This document shows, piece after piece, positions 45,044-56,278 of a DNA stretch of 64,000 bases. Below the pieces are notes generated by a model, which ran no database searches, was not told the origin of the DNA, and saw only the letters and a program-made list of their open reading frames with translations. The stretch lies in NCBI GenBank assembly GCA_016792845.1, contig JAEUKH010000018.1:202984-266983 (forward strand). Direction: 5' to 3'. Source of the stretch: Myxococcales bacterium. Lineage in GTDB: Bacteria > Myxococcota_A > Polyangia > Polyangiales > Ga0077539. The number at the start of each line of letters is the position of its first letter. Within the stretch, counting starts at the first letter, position 1. Made by a program: the position numbers and the translations under genes.

Positions 45044-45934
45044 TCAGGGGCTCCGCTCGCGGTTTCGGCCAGGCGTCGCGGTCGAGCGGCACCCCGGTCG
45101 GTCGGTCTGCGCCGTGGCCACCACCAGCACCTCGGAGAGCCGAGAGAAGTTCACCGCGGGGGCGAACTCGACCTCTTGGTACACCCCGAATTCGCGGCGG
45201 GTCACCGAGGCCACGCGCCCCACCAGAATGCCCGCGGGGAAGCGGCACCCGAGCCCCGAGGTCACCACCGCGTCGCCCACCCGCACGTCGTCGGTGCGCT
45301 GGAGGTACTCGATACGCCCGGCGTAGCGGTCGCGCTCGCCGGTGCCCCGCACGATGCCGCGGGCCCCCGAGCGCTCGACCATCACGTCGATGGCGCTGCG
45401 CGAATCGACCGACAAGAGCACATCGGCGAACTCGCCGATCACCCGCGAGACCTGCCCCACCAGCCCCTCGTCGACCACCACGGGCATGCCCGGGCGGATG
45501 CGCGAGCGGTCTTCGCTCATGATCGCGAGCCGCGTCACGCGAAAGAAGGGCGAAGTGTCTTTAATGACAACCTGCGCGGCGAAGACCTCGCCCCCCATCT
45601 CGGTGCGAAGCTGGAGGAGCCGACGGAGCCTGCGGTTCTCTTCAAACTCGGCGCGATGCCGGGCGGCCTCGGCGCGCAGCCGCGCGGCCTCAGCACCGAG
45701 GCGGTCGTTGTCGCGCTTGACGTGAACGAGGTAGATGTAATCAGACCACAGGTCGGCGGCGCCCATCGCCACGGGGTTGACCACCCACTCGATCTTCGCG
45801 ATGGCCCGCGCCACCACGCGGTCGAGCTCGTCGTAGCGCGCCGGGTCGCGGGTGTTGGTACGGAGAATCAAGAAGGGCACGCTGAGCAGCACCACGCTCA
45901 GCAAGATGTCGCGGTACCGTGACCAGGGGCTCAT
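45044..45934 (-). CDS. mreC: rod shape-determining protein MreC
   Basis: N-terminal TM and coiled coil (ENRRLRRLLQL), then a beta-rich periplasmic domain. Conserved position after mreB. Confidence 0.85.
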   Translation of the reverse strand: MSPWSRYRDILLSVVLLSVPFLILRTNTRDPARYDELDRVVARAIAKIEWVVNPVAMGAADLWSDYIYLVHVKRDNDRLGAEAARLRAEAARHRAEFEENRRLRRLLQLRTEMGGEVFAAQVVIKDTSPFFRVTRLAIMSEDRSRIRPGMPVVVDEGLVGQVSRVIGEFADVLLSVDSRSAIDVMVERSGARGIVRGTGERDRYAGRIEYLQRTDDVRVGDAVVTSGLGCRFPAGILVGRVASVTRREFGVYQEVEFAPAVNFSRLSEVLVVATAQTDRPGCRSTATPGRNRERSP

Positions 45935-45940
45935 GGCCCA

Positions 45941-47065
<1,125 letters not shown>

Positions 47066-47133
47066 CTATAGCACAGCCTTGTTACGGTTGTCGCACACCC
47101 CCACCCACAGGGTGCTGATACCCTTGACATTCT

Positions 47134-48372
47134 GTGAACCCTTCTGCCGCAGCTCTGACGGCCCGGCGCCGGGTCTGGGCCCTCACCTGGCTCGGCTACG
47201 CGTCGCTCTATCTCGCCCGCAAAAACTGGAGCGTCGTGAAGCCAAGGGTGCGCGACGCCCTCGGGCTCGGGCTCGGCGATCTGGCCTTCATCGACACGGC
47301 GTACCTGCTCACCTACGCGCTCGGGCAGTTCGTCGCCGGGCTCATCGGAGACCGCATCGGTGCGCGGCGCTTGATGGGCCTCGGCGCGCTCGGGGTTGCC
47401 GTCGCCACGGCGTGCTTCGGCGCCTCGTCGGGGCTCACCTTCTTCGCGCTGAGCTTCGCCCTCAACGGCCTCGCCCAGGCCTCCGGCTGGCCCGGAGCGA
47501 CCCGCGCCATGGCCGCCGCCACCGACCCCGCGCACCGCGGCGCCGTGATGGGCTGGTGGGCGACCTGCTACCAGGCCGGCGGCATCGCCTCGACGTCGTT
47601 GGCCGCGTGGCTCCTCGGGCGCTACGGCTGGCGCAGCGCCTTCACGGTGCCCGCGGCGCTCATCGCGGTGATGGGCGTGGCGCTGTTGGTGGCGATGCCC
47701 GACCTCGACCGCGGAGGGGCGAATTCGACCGCGGGCGGAGCTCCGCCTGAGGGCCCCGAGGCCTTGCGCGCGGCCCGTCGCGCGGTGCTCGGCAACCCCC
47801 TCGTGTGGCGCTACGGCGCGGCCTACGCGGCCATCAAGCTCATTCGCTACAGCCTCTTGTTCTGGCTGCCGTTCTATCTCCGCGAGGGGCTCCGCTTCGA
47901 CGAGACCGTGGCGGGCTACCTGTCGAACAGCTTCGAGCTCGGCGGCGTCGTTGGCACCATCGCCTTCGGCGCCCTCACCGACCGCGTCCGCGTGCTGAGC
48001 CGCGCGCAATGGTCGGCCCTCTCGCTCGCGGCCCTCGGCCTCGCGCTGGTGCTCTACGCCCAGGTGTCTTCGCTCGGCGTCGCGGCCAATTTCGCGGCCA
48101 TGGCCCTGGTCGGCGCGCTGCTCTTCGGCCCCGACACGGTGCTCTCTGGGTGCGCCGCCCAAGACCTCGGAGGCCCTCTCGCCGCCGCCACCGCGGCCGG
48201 ATTCGTCAACGGAATGGGCTCCCTCGGCGCCATCGCCCAGGGGCTCTTCACGGTGAAGCTCCGCGCCGCCTACGGCTGGCAAGGCGTCTTCGTGGGCTTC
48301 GTCGTGCTGAGCCTCGTCGGCGCGGGGTGCCTCCTCGTGGGCCCCCGCAACGGGCCCGCCCCGAAGACCTAG
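47134..48372 (+). CDS. MFS transporter (organophosphate:phosphate antiporter family, GlpT/UhpC-like)
   Basis: Twelve TM helices. The N-terminal YASLYLARKNWSVVKP motif is typical of OPA-family MFS transporters. Confidence 0.8.
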   Translation: MNPSAAALTARRRVWALTWLGYASLYLARKNWSVVKPRVRDALGLGLGDLAFIDTAYLLTYALGQFVAGLIGDRIGARRLMGLGALGVAVATACFGASSGLTFFALSFALNGLAQASGWPGATRAMAAATDPAHRGAVMGWWATCYQAGGIASTSLAAWLLGRYGWRSAFTVPAALIAVMGVALLVAMPDLDRGGANSTAGGAPPEGPEALRAARRAVLGNPLVWRYGAAYAAIKLIRYSLLFWLPFYLREGLRFDETVAGYLSNSFELGGVVGTIAFGALTDRVRVLSRAQWSALSLAALGLALVLYAQVSSLGVAANFAAMALVGALLFGPDTVLSGCAAQDLGGPLAAATAAGFVNGMGSLGAIAQGLFTVKLRAAYGWQGVFVGFVVLSLVGAGCLLVGPRNGPAPKT

Positions 48373-48531
48373 CGAATCAACACAAACCATTGAAACAAGT
48401 TCATTTTTTCACCCCACCGCACCCGAGCTGCGGGCGCCCGCGGCATCACCCGAGGCGCGGGTGTGCAGGCGACGGGCGGGTGTGACAGGGGCCCCGTCGC
48501 GGGTGTGAAGCGGGTGTGTTATGAACGGGCG

Positions 48532-48963
48532 ATGTATCCGCAGCAGCCTCCGCCTCCGGGCGGTTTTGGTCCTCCGGGGGGGTACGGCCCGCCGGGTGGG
48601 GGGGGTGGGTTCGGGCCGCCGGGTGGTGGCTTTGGCCCGCCGGGTGGCTTTGGGCCTCCGAGTGACGGCTTCGGCCCGCCGGGCCCTGGGCCTGAGGCGC
48701 ACCAGTTGAAGCAAGAGGCCACCACCTGGCTGGTCATCTCGCTCGCGCTGTTCTTCTTCGGCTTGGGCTTCATCACCGGCCCCTTGGCATGGTGGAAGGG
48801 CGCCCAACTCTCGCCCCGCTTCGACGCCAACCGCATGAATCCGAACCTGGGCCAGTACCTCAAGGTCTCGGGCATCGTCTTGACGGTGCTGAACCTCTTG
48901 GGCTTCCTCGCGGTGGTGCTGGTCGTGGTGGGCATCTGGGCGTCGGGCTCTCGCGGCTACTGA
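48532..48963 (+). CDS. small membrane protein with a Pro/Gly-rich (GGFGPP)n N-terminus and two C-terminal TM helices (DUF4190-like)
   Basis: MYPQQPPPPGGFGPPGGYGPPGGGGGFGPPGG… then two hydrophobic helices. Confidence 0.5.
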   Translation: MYPQQPPPPGGFGPPGGYGPPGGGGGFGPPGGGFGPPGGFGPPSDGFGPPGPGPEAHQLKQEATTWLVISLALFFFGLGFITGPLAWWKGAQLSPRFDANRMNPNLGQYLKVSGIVLTVLNLLGFLAVVLVVVGIWASGSRGY

Positions 48964-50465
48964 TGCCGCGGTGGTGCGGGTTGCTCGCGACCGCGTTGTG
49001 GGCCTCGGCCTGCGGCGGGGCCGCGACGCTTGAGCCTCCGACGACGCGAACGCGGGTCTTCGACGCACAGCCCGTTGGGGCCTTCACGCTCGGGCTGAGG
49101 GTGACCGCCGAGAGCCGCGCGCTTGAGGTCGTGCGAGGCAACGTCCGTTCGGGACTCCGCGCAGGCCGGCCCGGCAGAGTCTGGCGTATTGAAGCCTCGC
49201 TCGAAGCCACCCACGGCAGCGCGCGACGCACCCTCGGCACCGTCTACCGCTGCGCCTTCGAGACCCACTCGCACGTCACCGCAGACCTTGAAGCGACCCT
49301 CGCGAGCCTCGAAGCGCGCATCGCCAGCGACGCCGAGGGCCGCGCCGTCGTGGGCCTCACGAGCCCGCGGTGGAGCCTCCCCTGCACCGGCCCCGCGCGC
49401 CGTTGGGCCGCGGCCTACGTCGCCCCCGAAGTCGCCGCCCTCAGCGCGCAGCCCCTCATCGCAGACACCGCCGCGGCGGCCCTCGCGCGCGCCCCATCGC
49501 CTGCGGTCTGGCTCGCCCAGGCCCTCAGCGGCAACGCCGTCGACGCGGGCACGGCCACCGAGCCCGCGGGTTGCTTCGTCGTGGGTCAAACGATGCAACG
49601 TGAGAGCCGCCCCGACCCCGCCCTCGCGGCCTACCAGTTCGCGGCCTTCTCGGGCATCGCCGCCGCCGAGGCGCTTCGGCTCAGCATCACCACCCCCATC
49701 GCCGGGCGCGCGCCGTCCGCCGATGCGCGGCTCCTCGCCCGGCTCGCGTCGGGTGACCCCGCGCTCCGCAGGGTCGCGCTTGAGCACCTCGGCGCAAGAC
49801 CGCACCCACCCCTCGACGCCGCGCGGGTCGCCTGGGCGCGCGCCCTCATCGATCACCTCGCCGCGCCCGAGACCCTCACCGCTCGCTTCGACGAGGCCGT
49901 CGCATCGTGCACGGCGCCGACCACGGCGGCCCGCTGCGGCGCCTTCCAGGTCGCAGCGCTGCGTCGCCTGGCCGAGCGGAGCCAGCGCACCGACGCCCTC
50001 GCCTCAGTGGCCACCATGGCCGCCGCGCTGCCCGTCGACACCTACGCCGGCGCGCCCCGGGTCGAGGCGCGACGCGAGGCCCTCGCCATCGCCCGCGACC
50101 TCCGCGACCCCGCGCTCTTGCGCAACGTCGCCCTGCAAATCCTCAGCTTGCCCGACGAAGACCCGATGACGCCCAACCGCTGCCTCGGGCCGCGCGAGAG
50201 CCTCGTCGCGCAGTGCGACGACCCGCGGGCGCTCGCCAGCGAGGCCCTCTACGGCACCTGCGACGACGCCGTCAACCGCGCCGCCGCGCGCGCCCTCGGC
50301 GCCGTACGACACGGCGCGCGCATCGCAGGCGCGTGCCTCCTCAGCGCATGCTTCGACCGCGCCGAGGTCGCCCGCCGGGTGGCCGCCGCGCAGCCGCGAA
50401 ATCCGCTCAACGCCCAAGTCGTCGCGATGCTCCCGCGATGGTGCGAGGCGCGCCCCGCACGGTGA
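48963..50465 (+). CDS. hypothetical lipoprotein
   Basis: MPRWCGLLATALWASACGG lipobox. An Ala-rich, likely helical-repeat body. Start abuts the upstream stop. Confidence 0.5.
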   Translation: MPRWCGLLATALWASACGGAATLEPPTTRTRVFDAQPVGAFTLGLRVTAESRALEVVRGNVRSGLRAGRPGRVWRIEASLEATHGSARRTLGTVYRCAFETHSHVTADLEATLASLEARIASDAEGRAVVGLTSPRWSLPCTGPARRWAAAYVAPEVAALSAQPLIADTAAAALARAPSPAVWLAQALSGNAVDAGTATEPAGCFVVGQTMQRESRPDPALAAYQFAAFSGIAAAEALRLSITTPIAGRAPSADARLLARLASGDPALRRVALEHLGARPHPPLDAARVAWARALIDHLAAPETLTARFDEAVASCTAPTTAARCGAFQVAALRRLAERSQRTDALASVATMAAALPVDTYAGAPRVEARREALAIARDLRDPALLRNVALQILSLPDEDPMTPNRCLGPRESLVAQCDDPRALASEALYGTCDDAVNRAAARALGAVRHGARIAGACLLSACFDRAEVARRVAAAQPRNPLNAQVVAMLPRWCEARPAR

Positions 50466-50496
50466 GCGCGGCGCTCAATGTTGACACTGTGAACAT

Positions 50497-51399
50497 TCAC
50501 CCGAGCCGCGCGGCCAGCGTCGCCGCGAGCCGTTCGCCGAGGGCGCGGGCGTCTTCGAGCGACCGGGCGGGGCCTTCGAGCTCGGCGCGCACCGACGCGC
50601 TGCCGTCGTCGCGGGCGTAAAAACCTTCGACGCGAAGAGCATCACCCACGCGTCGGGCGTAGGCCCCCATGGGCACCGTGCAGCTCGCGCCGAGGGCGGC
50701 CATCACGGCGCGCTCGGCGCTCACTTCGAGGCGCGTCTGCGGGTCATCGAGGCGGCCCACCCACGCGCAGGCGTCGGCGTCATCGGCGCGGCACTCGAGG
50801 GCCAAGACCCCTTGCGCGACCGAGGGCGTGAGCACCCCTTCGAGGCGCACCCCCGGGGGCGCGAGGCCCAGCCGTTCGAGCCCCGCCTCGGCCAACACGA
50901 TGGCGTCGTACTGCCCCTCTTCGAGCTTGCGGAGCCGCGTGTCGACGTTGCCTCGCAGGAGGGTGATGTTGAGGTCGGGCCGCACCGCCCGCAATTGCAG
51001 CGCGCGACGCTGCGAGCTCGTGCCCACCGTCGCGCCGTCAGAGAGGGCTCCGAGGGCCCGGCCGTCGCGGGTGACGAGGAGATCCCACGGGCTCGCGCGG
51101 CGCGGCGTCGCGGCGATGACGAGGCCCGGCGCGAGCGACACCGGCAGGTCTTTCATCGAGTGCACGGCGAGCCGCGCGCGCCCGTCGAGCAGGGCCTCTT
51201 CGATCTCTTTGACGAAGAGCCCTTTGCCGCCGATCGCCGCGAGGGGGCGGTCTTGCACCCGGTCGCCTTCGGTCACAACGTGAAGCTCTTGCACCGCGAG
51301 CCCGGGCACCGCGGCTTCGAGGGCGCGGGCCATGCGCCGCGACTGGGCCAGCGCGAGGGCGCTGCGTCGGGTCGCGAGAACAAAACCGGGGTCAGTCAT
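50497..51399 (-). CDS. hemC: hydroxymethylbilane synthase (porphobilinogen deaminase)
   Basis: …ALAQSRRMARALEAAVPGLAVQELHVVTEGD… and AVHSMKDLP are HemC hallmarks. Confidence 0.85.
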   Translation of the reverse strand: MTDPGFVLATRRSALALAQSRRMARALEAAVPGLAVQELHVVTEGDRVQDRPLAAIGGKGLFVKEIEEALLDGRARLAVHSMKDLPVSLAPGLVIAATPRRASPWDLLVTRDGRALGALSDGATVGTSSQRRALQLRAVRPDLNITLLRGNVDTRLRKLEEGQYDAIVLAEAGLERLGLAPPGVRLEGVLTPSVAQGVLALECRADDADACAWVGRLDDPQTRLEVSAERAVMAALGASCTVPMGAYARRVGDALRVEGFYARDDGSASVRAELEGPARSLEDARALGERLAATLAARLG

Positions 51400-52687
51400 C
51401 GTCGTCTTCTTGGGGGCGCGAGGGCGGCTCAAGGTCGAGCTCAAAGAGCCGCTGGAGGGCCGCGCGCTCGACGGCCCCGTCGTGGCTCGCGGAGCCTTGC
51501 TTGAGCCGCACCGTGGGGTGATGCAGGAGCTTGCTGAGGGTGGCATCGAGCATGGCCTCGACGGCCTTGCGATCGTCGGCGCCGAGGTGCTTGAGCCGGT
51601 GGCCGAACGAGCGCTCGAGCTCGCCCTGCGCGGTGGCGTGAAACTTCTGCCTGAGCGCCGCGATGGTGGGCCCGGGGCCCTCGACCACGCGCTGCTCGGC
51701 CTCGAAGGCCCGCAGCTCTTCTTCGAGCAGGCGCTCGGCCTCGCGGGTCGCCCCCTCGCGGCGCTGGGCCCCGTCGACGACGATCTGTTCGAGGTCGTCG
51801 ACGTTGTAGAGGTACACGTTGTCGAGGTCGCCGACCCGCGGGTCGACGTTGCGCGGCACGGTGATGTCGATGAGAAAGAGGCTGCGACCGCGGCGGCCCT
51901 TCATCGCGCTCGCCACGTCGTCTCGGGTGAGCACGAAGCGCGTCGCCGCCGTCGAGCACACCACCACGTCGCTGTGCTGCAAGAGCATCGCGAGGTCGGT
52001 CAGCGGGTGCGCCGACGCCTCGTGCTCTTTGGCGAGGCTCGCGGCGCGCTCGTACGAGCGGTTGGCGATGGCCAGCGAGGCCCCGTGTCGCGCGAGGCTC
52101 CGGGCCGCCCCGAGGGCCATCTTGCCCGCGCCGAGCACCAGCACCCTGCGGCCCTGGAGCTCGCCGAAGATGCCCCGCGCGAGGTCGACCGCCACGCTCG
52201 CGACGCTCACCTGCCCTGAGGCGATGGCGGTCTCGCTCCGCACGCGCTTGGCCGCGTGAAAGGCGCGGCCCATCAGCCGAGAGAGGAAGCCTCCCACCCC
52301 GCCCGCGGTGCGCGCCACATGAAAGGCCTCTTTCACCTGCCCCAAGATCTGCGGCTCGCCCACCACCAACGAGTCGAGGCTCGCGCAGACCCGAAACGCG
52401 TGCCGAACGGCCTCGCCGTCGTGGTGCTCGTACAAGATCGCGTCGACCGGCGCCCGGGTGCCGAACCACCCCCGCAGCGACGCGCTCGCGGCCCGCTGAT
52501 CGGCCGCGGCGACGTACACCTCGACCCGGTTGCAGGTCGCGAGCACGAAGGCCTCGTCGACCGAGGGCAGCGCCCGCACCTCACGGACCACCGCGTCGAG
52601 GGTCTCAGGCGCCACCGCGAGCCGCTCGCGGGTCTCGATGGGCGCGGCGCGATGGTTGACACCCACCACCAGAAAGGGCGCGCTCAC
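51392..52687 (-). CDS. hemA: glutamyl-tRNA reductase
   Basis: LVVGVNHRAAPIETRERLA, ATCNRVEVYV and the NADPH Rossmann VLVLGAGKMA. GTG start inferred. Confidence 0.9.
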   Translation of the reverse strand: MSAPFLVVGVNHRAAPIETRERLAVAPETLDAVVREVRALPSVDEAFVLATCNRVEVYVAAADQRAASASLRGWFGTRAPVDAILYEHHDGEAVRHAFRVCASLDSLVVGEPQILGQVKEAFHVARTAGGVGGFLSRLMGRAFHAAKRVRSETAIASGQVSVASVAVDLARGIFGELQGRRVLVLGAGKMALGAARSLARHGASLAIANRSYERAASLAKEHEASAHPLTDLAMLLQHSDVVVCSTAATRFVLTRDDVASAMKGRRGRSLFLIDITVPRNVDPRVGDLDNVYLYNVDDLEQIVVDGAQRREGATREAERLLEEELRAFEAEQRVVEGPGPTIAALRQKFHATAQGELERSFGHRLKHLGADDRKAVEAMLDATLSKLLHHPTVRLKQGSASHDGAVERAALQRLFELDLEPPSRPQEDDDD

Positions 52688-53484
52688 GCGTGGAGCCCTC
52701 GGAGGTAGTATCCGACCAGCACCGCGATGACGCCGGCGTACCCGAGCACCGTGCCGATGGCAGGCCGACGCCCGCGCCACCCCGCCACGATGCGCAGGCC
52801 CAACACCCCCGCGAAGAGCACCCACACCGCCAGGCCCACGGTGCGCTGCCAGGTCTCGAACGACGCCGCCCGGGCCGCCGTGCGCGCGATCACCATGAGC
52901 CCCGTGACCACGCCGAGGGTCAGCACCGGCAGCCCCACGGCCACAAAGCGAAAGCCCACCTCGTCGAGCACGTCGAGCGGCGGGAGCCTCTGAAACAAGC
53001 CCCGCAAGCGCTTCTGCTTCACCTGCCGCTCTTGCAGGAGGTACGCGAGGGCCACCGCGAAGGCCACGGTGAAGGCGCCGGTGCCGATGATCACCGAGGC
53101 GACGTGCAGCACCGTCAGCGCGCCGAGCGGCGCCGCGGTGGTGTCATTCGAGTGGCGCGAGGCGAGCAGCATGAACAACGCGAGCGGCGCGACGAAGGCC
53201 CCCACCACGTCGAAGCGAGGGCGCGCCTGGCGCAGCGCGAAGTAACCGCCCGCCCCGAGAAGCGCAAGGGTCGAGAGCGACGGCCTGATGCCCGCGAAGG
53301 GCCCGCCGCCGGGGGTCAGCCAGTAGCGCACGTCGAGCCCGAGGTGCACCGCCGCGGCGGCGAGCAAGACCCACGGGCCGAGCCGCGTCACCGCGATGGT
53401 CGGGCCGCGCGCGAGCTGCAAGAGGAGCATCACGCCCGACACCGCGTAGAGCGTGGCCGCAAGGCCGAAGGCCGCGTCGTACAT
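52684..53484 (-). CDS. cytochrome c assembly family membrane protein (CcsA/HemX-like), of the kind commonly found upstream of hemA
   Basis: Eight TM helices with a W-rich motif, conserved synteny with hemA, 4-bp overlap. Confidence 0.65.
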   Translation of the reverse strand: MYDAAFGLAATLYAVSGVMLLLQLARGPTIAVTRLGPWVLLAAAAVHLGLDVRYWLTPGGGPFAGIRPSLSTLALLGAGGYFALRQARPRFDVVGAFVAPLALFMLLASRHSNDTTAAPLGALTVLHVASVIIGTGAFTVAFAVALAYLLQERQVKQKRLRGLFQRLPPLDVLDEVGFRFVAVGLPVLTLGVVTGLMVIARTAARAASFETWQRTVGLAVWVLFAGVLGLRIVAGWRGRRPAIGTVLGYAGVIAVLVGYYLRGLHA

Positions 53485-53492
53485 CGCGAAGA

Positions 53493-53939
53493 CTATTTCA
53501 CGTTGTTGAGAAAGAAGTTCTGAAGGGCCACGATGGTCTGGCGGGCGCCCGCGGTCTGCCCCTCCATCTCGGCCTTGGTGGGCACCTTCATCGGCGCAGG
53601 GGGCCGCTCGGTGATGGCATGGGCCACCTCGTCGAAGGCCAAGAGCGGACGCCCCACAAAGCCCGTCTGCACCTGGTAGGCGTTTTCGCCGAGGAGCACC
53701 GAGTCGGCCATGTGCTCGCCCCCGAGCGACACCAACGCTTCGAGCTCTTTGACCTTGCCGACGAGCCCATGCAAATCAGCCTGCCCCGTGACCTCAGCGA
53801 GGAAGCGCACCCCCTCGCGGAGCTCAAACTGGTGCCCGTTCTGATGATCGGTCAGCTTGTCGCCGTTGATGCTCGCGCGCTCGGCACCAACCCATTGATC
53901 AAGCGCTTCGTGAGAGAGAAAGAGACGGCAGGGGTTCAC
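53493..53939 (-). CDS. hypothetical protein
   Basis: A 148-aa ORF between the CcsA-like gene and the PDH E2 gene. No motif recognised. Confidence 0.45.
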   Translation of the reverse strand: MNPCRLFLSHEALDQWVGAERASINGDKLTDHQNGHQFELREGVRFLAEVTGQADLHGLVGKVKELEALVSLGGEHMADSVLLGENAYQVQTGFVGRPLLAFDEVAHAITERPPAPMKVPTKAEMEGQTAGARQTIVALQNFFLNNVK

Positions 53940-53996
53940 GCCAGAGCCTCCACGTTGACCAGCGCCGACGAGGGTACCCCCGACGGCGCCGCGGCG

Positions 53997-55277
53997 CTAC
54001 CGCAGGATGCGCATCGGCGCCTCGACCAAGGCCCGCAGCTTCTGGAGAAAGCGCGCGCCGAGGGCGCCATCGACCACCCGGTGGTCACACGAGAGCGTCA
54101 CCGCGAGGCGCTTGCCCGGCACCACCGCGCCGTCACGCACCACCGCGACGTCACGCACCGCCCCCACCGCGAGGATCATCCCCTCGGGGGGGTTGATCAC
54201 CGCCGAGAAGCGGTCGATCCCGAACATGCCGAGGTTCGAGATGCTGAAGGTGCCGCCGGTCATCTCTTCGGGCTTGAGCTTGCGCGCCTTGGCCCTGGCC
54301 GCGAGGTCTTTGACCGCCCGCGAGATGGCCCCCACCGAGAGCGCGTCGGCGTGACGCACCACCGGCGTAAGCAGCCCGTCGTCGATGGCCACGGCCACCG
54401 AGACGTCGACGCGCCCGTAGCGCACGATCTTGCCGTCGACCCAGCTCGCGTTCGACTCTGGCACCTCGCGGAGGCTCAGCGCGCAGGCCCGAATCATGAG
54501 GTCATTGAAGCTGATCTTCTCGTCGGGCGAGGCCGCCGCCGCGTTCAGCTGTTCGCGCAGCGCCGCGAGCGCTTCGACCGCGAGGTCGGCCTCAAGGTAG
54601 AAGTGCGGCACGCTTTGCTTGGCCTCGGTCAGCCGCCGCGCGATGGTGCGGCGCATCGGTGAGGCGTCGAGCACCGTGTCGCCCGGTCGCAGCAGCGCCT
54701 CAAGGCTCGGCCCAGGCGCCGCGTGTGCGGCCTTCGGCGCCGCGAGGTCGCCCTCGGTGATGCGACCGTGCTCGCCCGAGCCGCGCAGCCCGTCGAGATC
54801 GACCGCGCGCTCTCTCGCGATGCGGCGAACCCGGGGCGACGAGGGCGCGAGGATCACCCCCGCGAGCCCCCGCTCGCCCGGCATCGCCGCGAGGGCCTGG
54901 GCGCCCGCCCGCGGCATCTCGGGCGGCGGCACGGTCTTCTTCTCGTCGCGCGCCTCGGGCGCCCTCGCAGGCGCTTCTGGCGCGGCCGCGGGCGGTGCGG
55001 GCGGCGCGCCCCCGCCGATGAGCGCGGCGATGTCTTCGCCCGGCGCACCGAGCACCGCGACGGGCTGCCCGAGCCGCGCCACGGCCCCTTCGGCGATGAG
55101 CTTCTTCAAGAGCGTGCCCTTGTCGAAGCTGCGAAACTCCATCGTGGCCTTGTCGGTCTCGACTTCGGCCAAGAGGTCGTCAATGTTGATGGTGTCGCCC
55201 TCGTTCTTGACCCAACGGACGAGGGTCCCTTCTTCCATGGTGGGCGAGAGCTTGGGGAGTTCGATGATCTTTGCCAC
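53997..55277 (-). CDS. pdhC: pyruvate dehydrogenase complex dihydrolipoamide acetyltransferase (E2)
   Basis: Lipoyl domain (ETDKATME), an Ala/Pro linker, the E3-binding domain, and the catalytic domain with DHRVVDG. GTG start verified against the sequence. Confidence 0.9.
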   Translation of the reverse strand: MAKIIELPKLSPTMEEGTLVRWVKNEGDTINIDDLLAEVETDKATMEFRSFDKGTLLKKLIAEGAVARLGQPVAVLGAPGEDIAALIGGGAPPAPPAAAPEAPARAPEARDEKKTVPPPEMPRAGAQALAAMPGERGLAGVILAPSSPRVRRIARERAVDLDGLRGSGEHGRITEGDLAAPKAAHAAPGPSLEALLRPGDTVLDASPMRRTIARRLTEAKQSVPHFYLEADLAVEALAALREQLNAAAASPDEKISFNDLMIRACALSLREVPESNASWVDGKIVRYGRVDVSVAVAIDDGLLTPVVRHADALSVGAISRAVKDLAARAKARKLKPEEMTGGTFSISNLGMFGIDRFSAVINPPEGMILAVGAVRDVAVVRDGAVVPGKRLAVTLSCDHRVVDGALGARFLQKLRALVEAPMRILR

Positions 55278-55300
55278 GTTCGCGCTCGGGGTTGAGAAGG

Positions 55301-56278
55301 TCAGTAAGCGAGCACGGCGCGCACACCGCGCACCACCGTCTCGGCCGAAGGGATGGAAAGGTCTTCGAGGTGCTTGTTGTAGGGCATCGACGCGTCGCGC
55401 CCGGTCACCCGCAGCACCGGCGCCCTGAGCTGCGCGAAGCACTCGCGCTGGAGCCGGTCGACCACCTCGGCCCCGACGCCGCCGTAGGGCCACCCCTCTT
55501 GCACCACCAAGGCCCGCCCCGTCTCTGCCACGCTGGCGTACACCGGCGCGAGGTCGAGGGGTCTGAGCGAGCGCAGATCGATCACCGCGCACTCGACCCC
55601 CTCGCGGCCCAGGGTCTCTGCCGCGGCCAGCACCGCGGGCAACATCTTGCCCCAGGTCACCACCGTGGCCGTGGCCCCTTGGCGCACGAGGTTTGACACC
55701 CCGATCGGCACGAGGTGCTCGCCGTCGGGCACCTCGCCGGTGACGCCGTAGAGCCGCTCATCTTCGAGAAAGATCACCGGGTTCTCATCGCGAATGGCGC
55801 TCTTGAGGAGCCCCTTCGCGTCGGCCGGAGTCGCCGGCGCCACCACCTTCACGCCGGGGATGTACGCGTAGATCGCGTCGAAGCTCTGCGAGTGCTGCGC
55901 GCCGGTCTGTCGCGCGACGCCGTTGGGCCCGCGAAACACGATGGGGCAGGTGAACTGCCCGCCCGACATCTGCCGCACCTTGGCGGCGTTGTTGAGAATC
56001 TGGTCGAAGGCGACGGCCGAGAAGTTCCACGTCATGAACTCGATGATGGGGCGCAGGCCCACCATCGCGGCGCCGATGCCGAGCCCTGCGAAGCCCGACT
56101 CCGCGATCGGCGCGTCGACCACGCGCTCGGCCCCGAAGCGCTCTAGGAGCCCCTCGGTGACCTTGTACGCGCCCTGGTAGTACCCCACCTCTTCGCCCAT
56201 CAAGAAGACGTTGGGGTCACGCTCCATCTCCTCCGCGATGGCCTCACGGAGCGCCTCGCGATACCGAAGTTTACGCAT
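55301..56278 (-). CDS. pdhB: pyruvate dehydrogenase E1 component beta subunit
   Basis: …FLMGEEVGYYQGAYKVTEGL…, transketolase-like fold. Confidence 0.9.
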   Translation of the reverse strand: MRKLRYREALREAIAEEMERDPNVFLMGEEVGYYQGAYKVTEGLLERFGAERVVDAPIAESGFAGLGIGAAMVGLRPIIEFMTWNFSAVAFDQILNNAAKVRQMSGGQFTCPIVFRGPNGVARQTGAQHSQSFDAIYAYIPGVKVVAPATPADAKGLLKSAIRDENPVIFLEDERLYGVTGEVPDGEHLVPIGVSNLVRQGATATVVTWGKMLPAVLAAAETLGREGVECAVIDLRSLRPLDLAPVYASVAETGRALVVQEGWPYGGVGAEVVDRLQRECFAQLRAPVLRVTGRDASMPYNKHLEDLSIPSAETVVRGVRAVLAY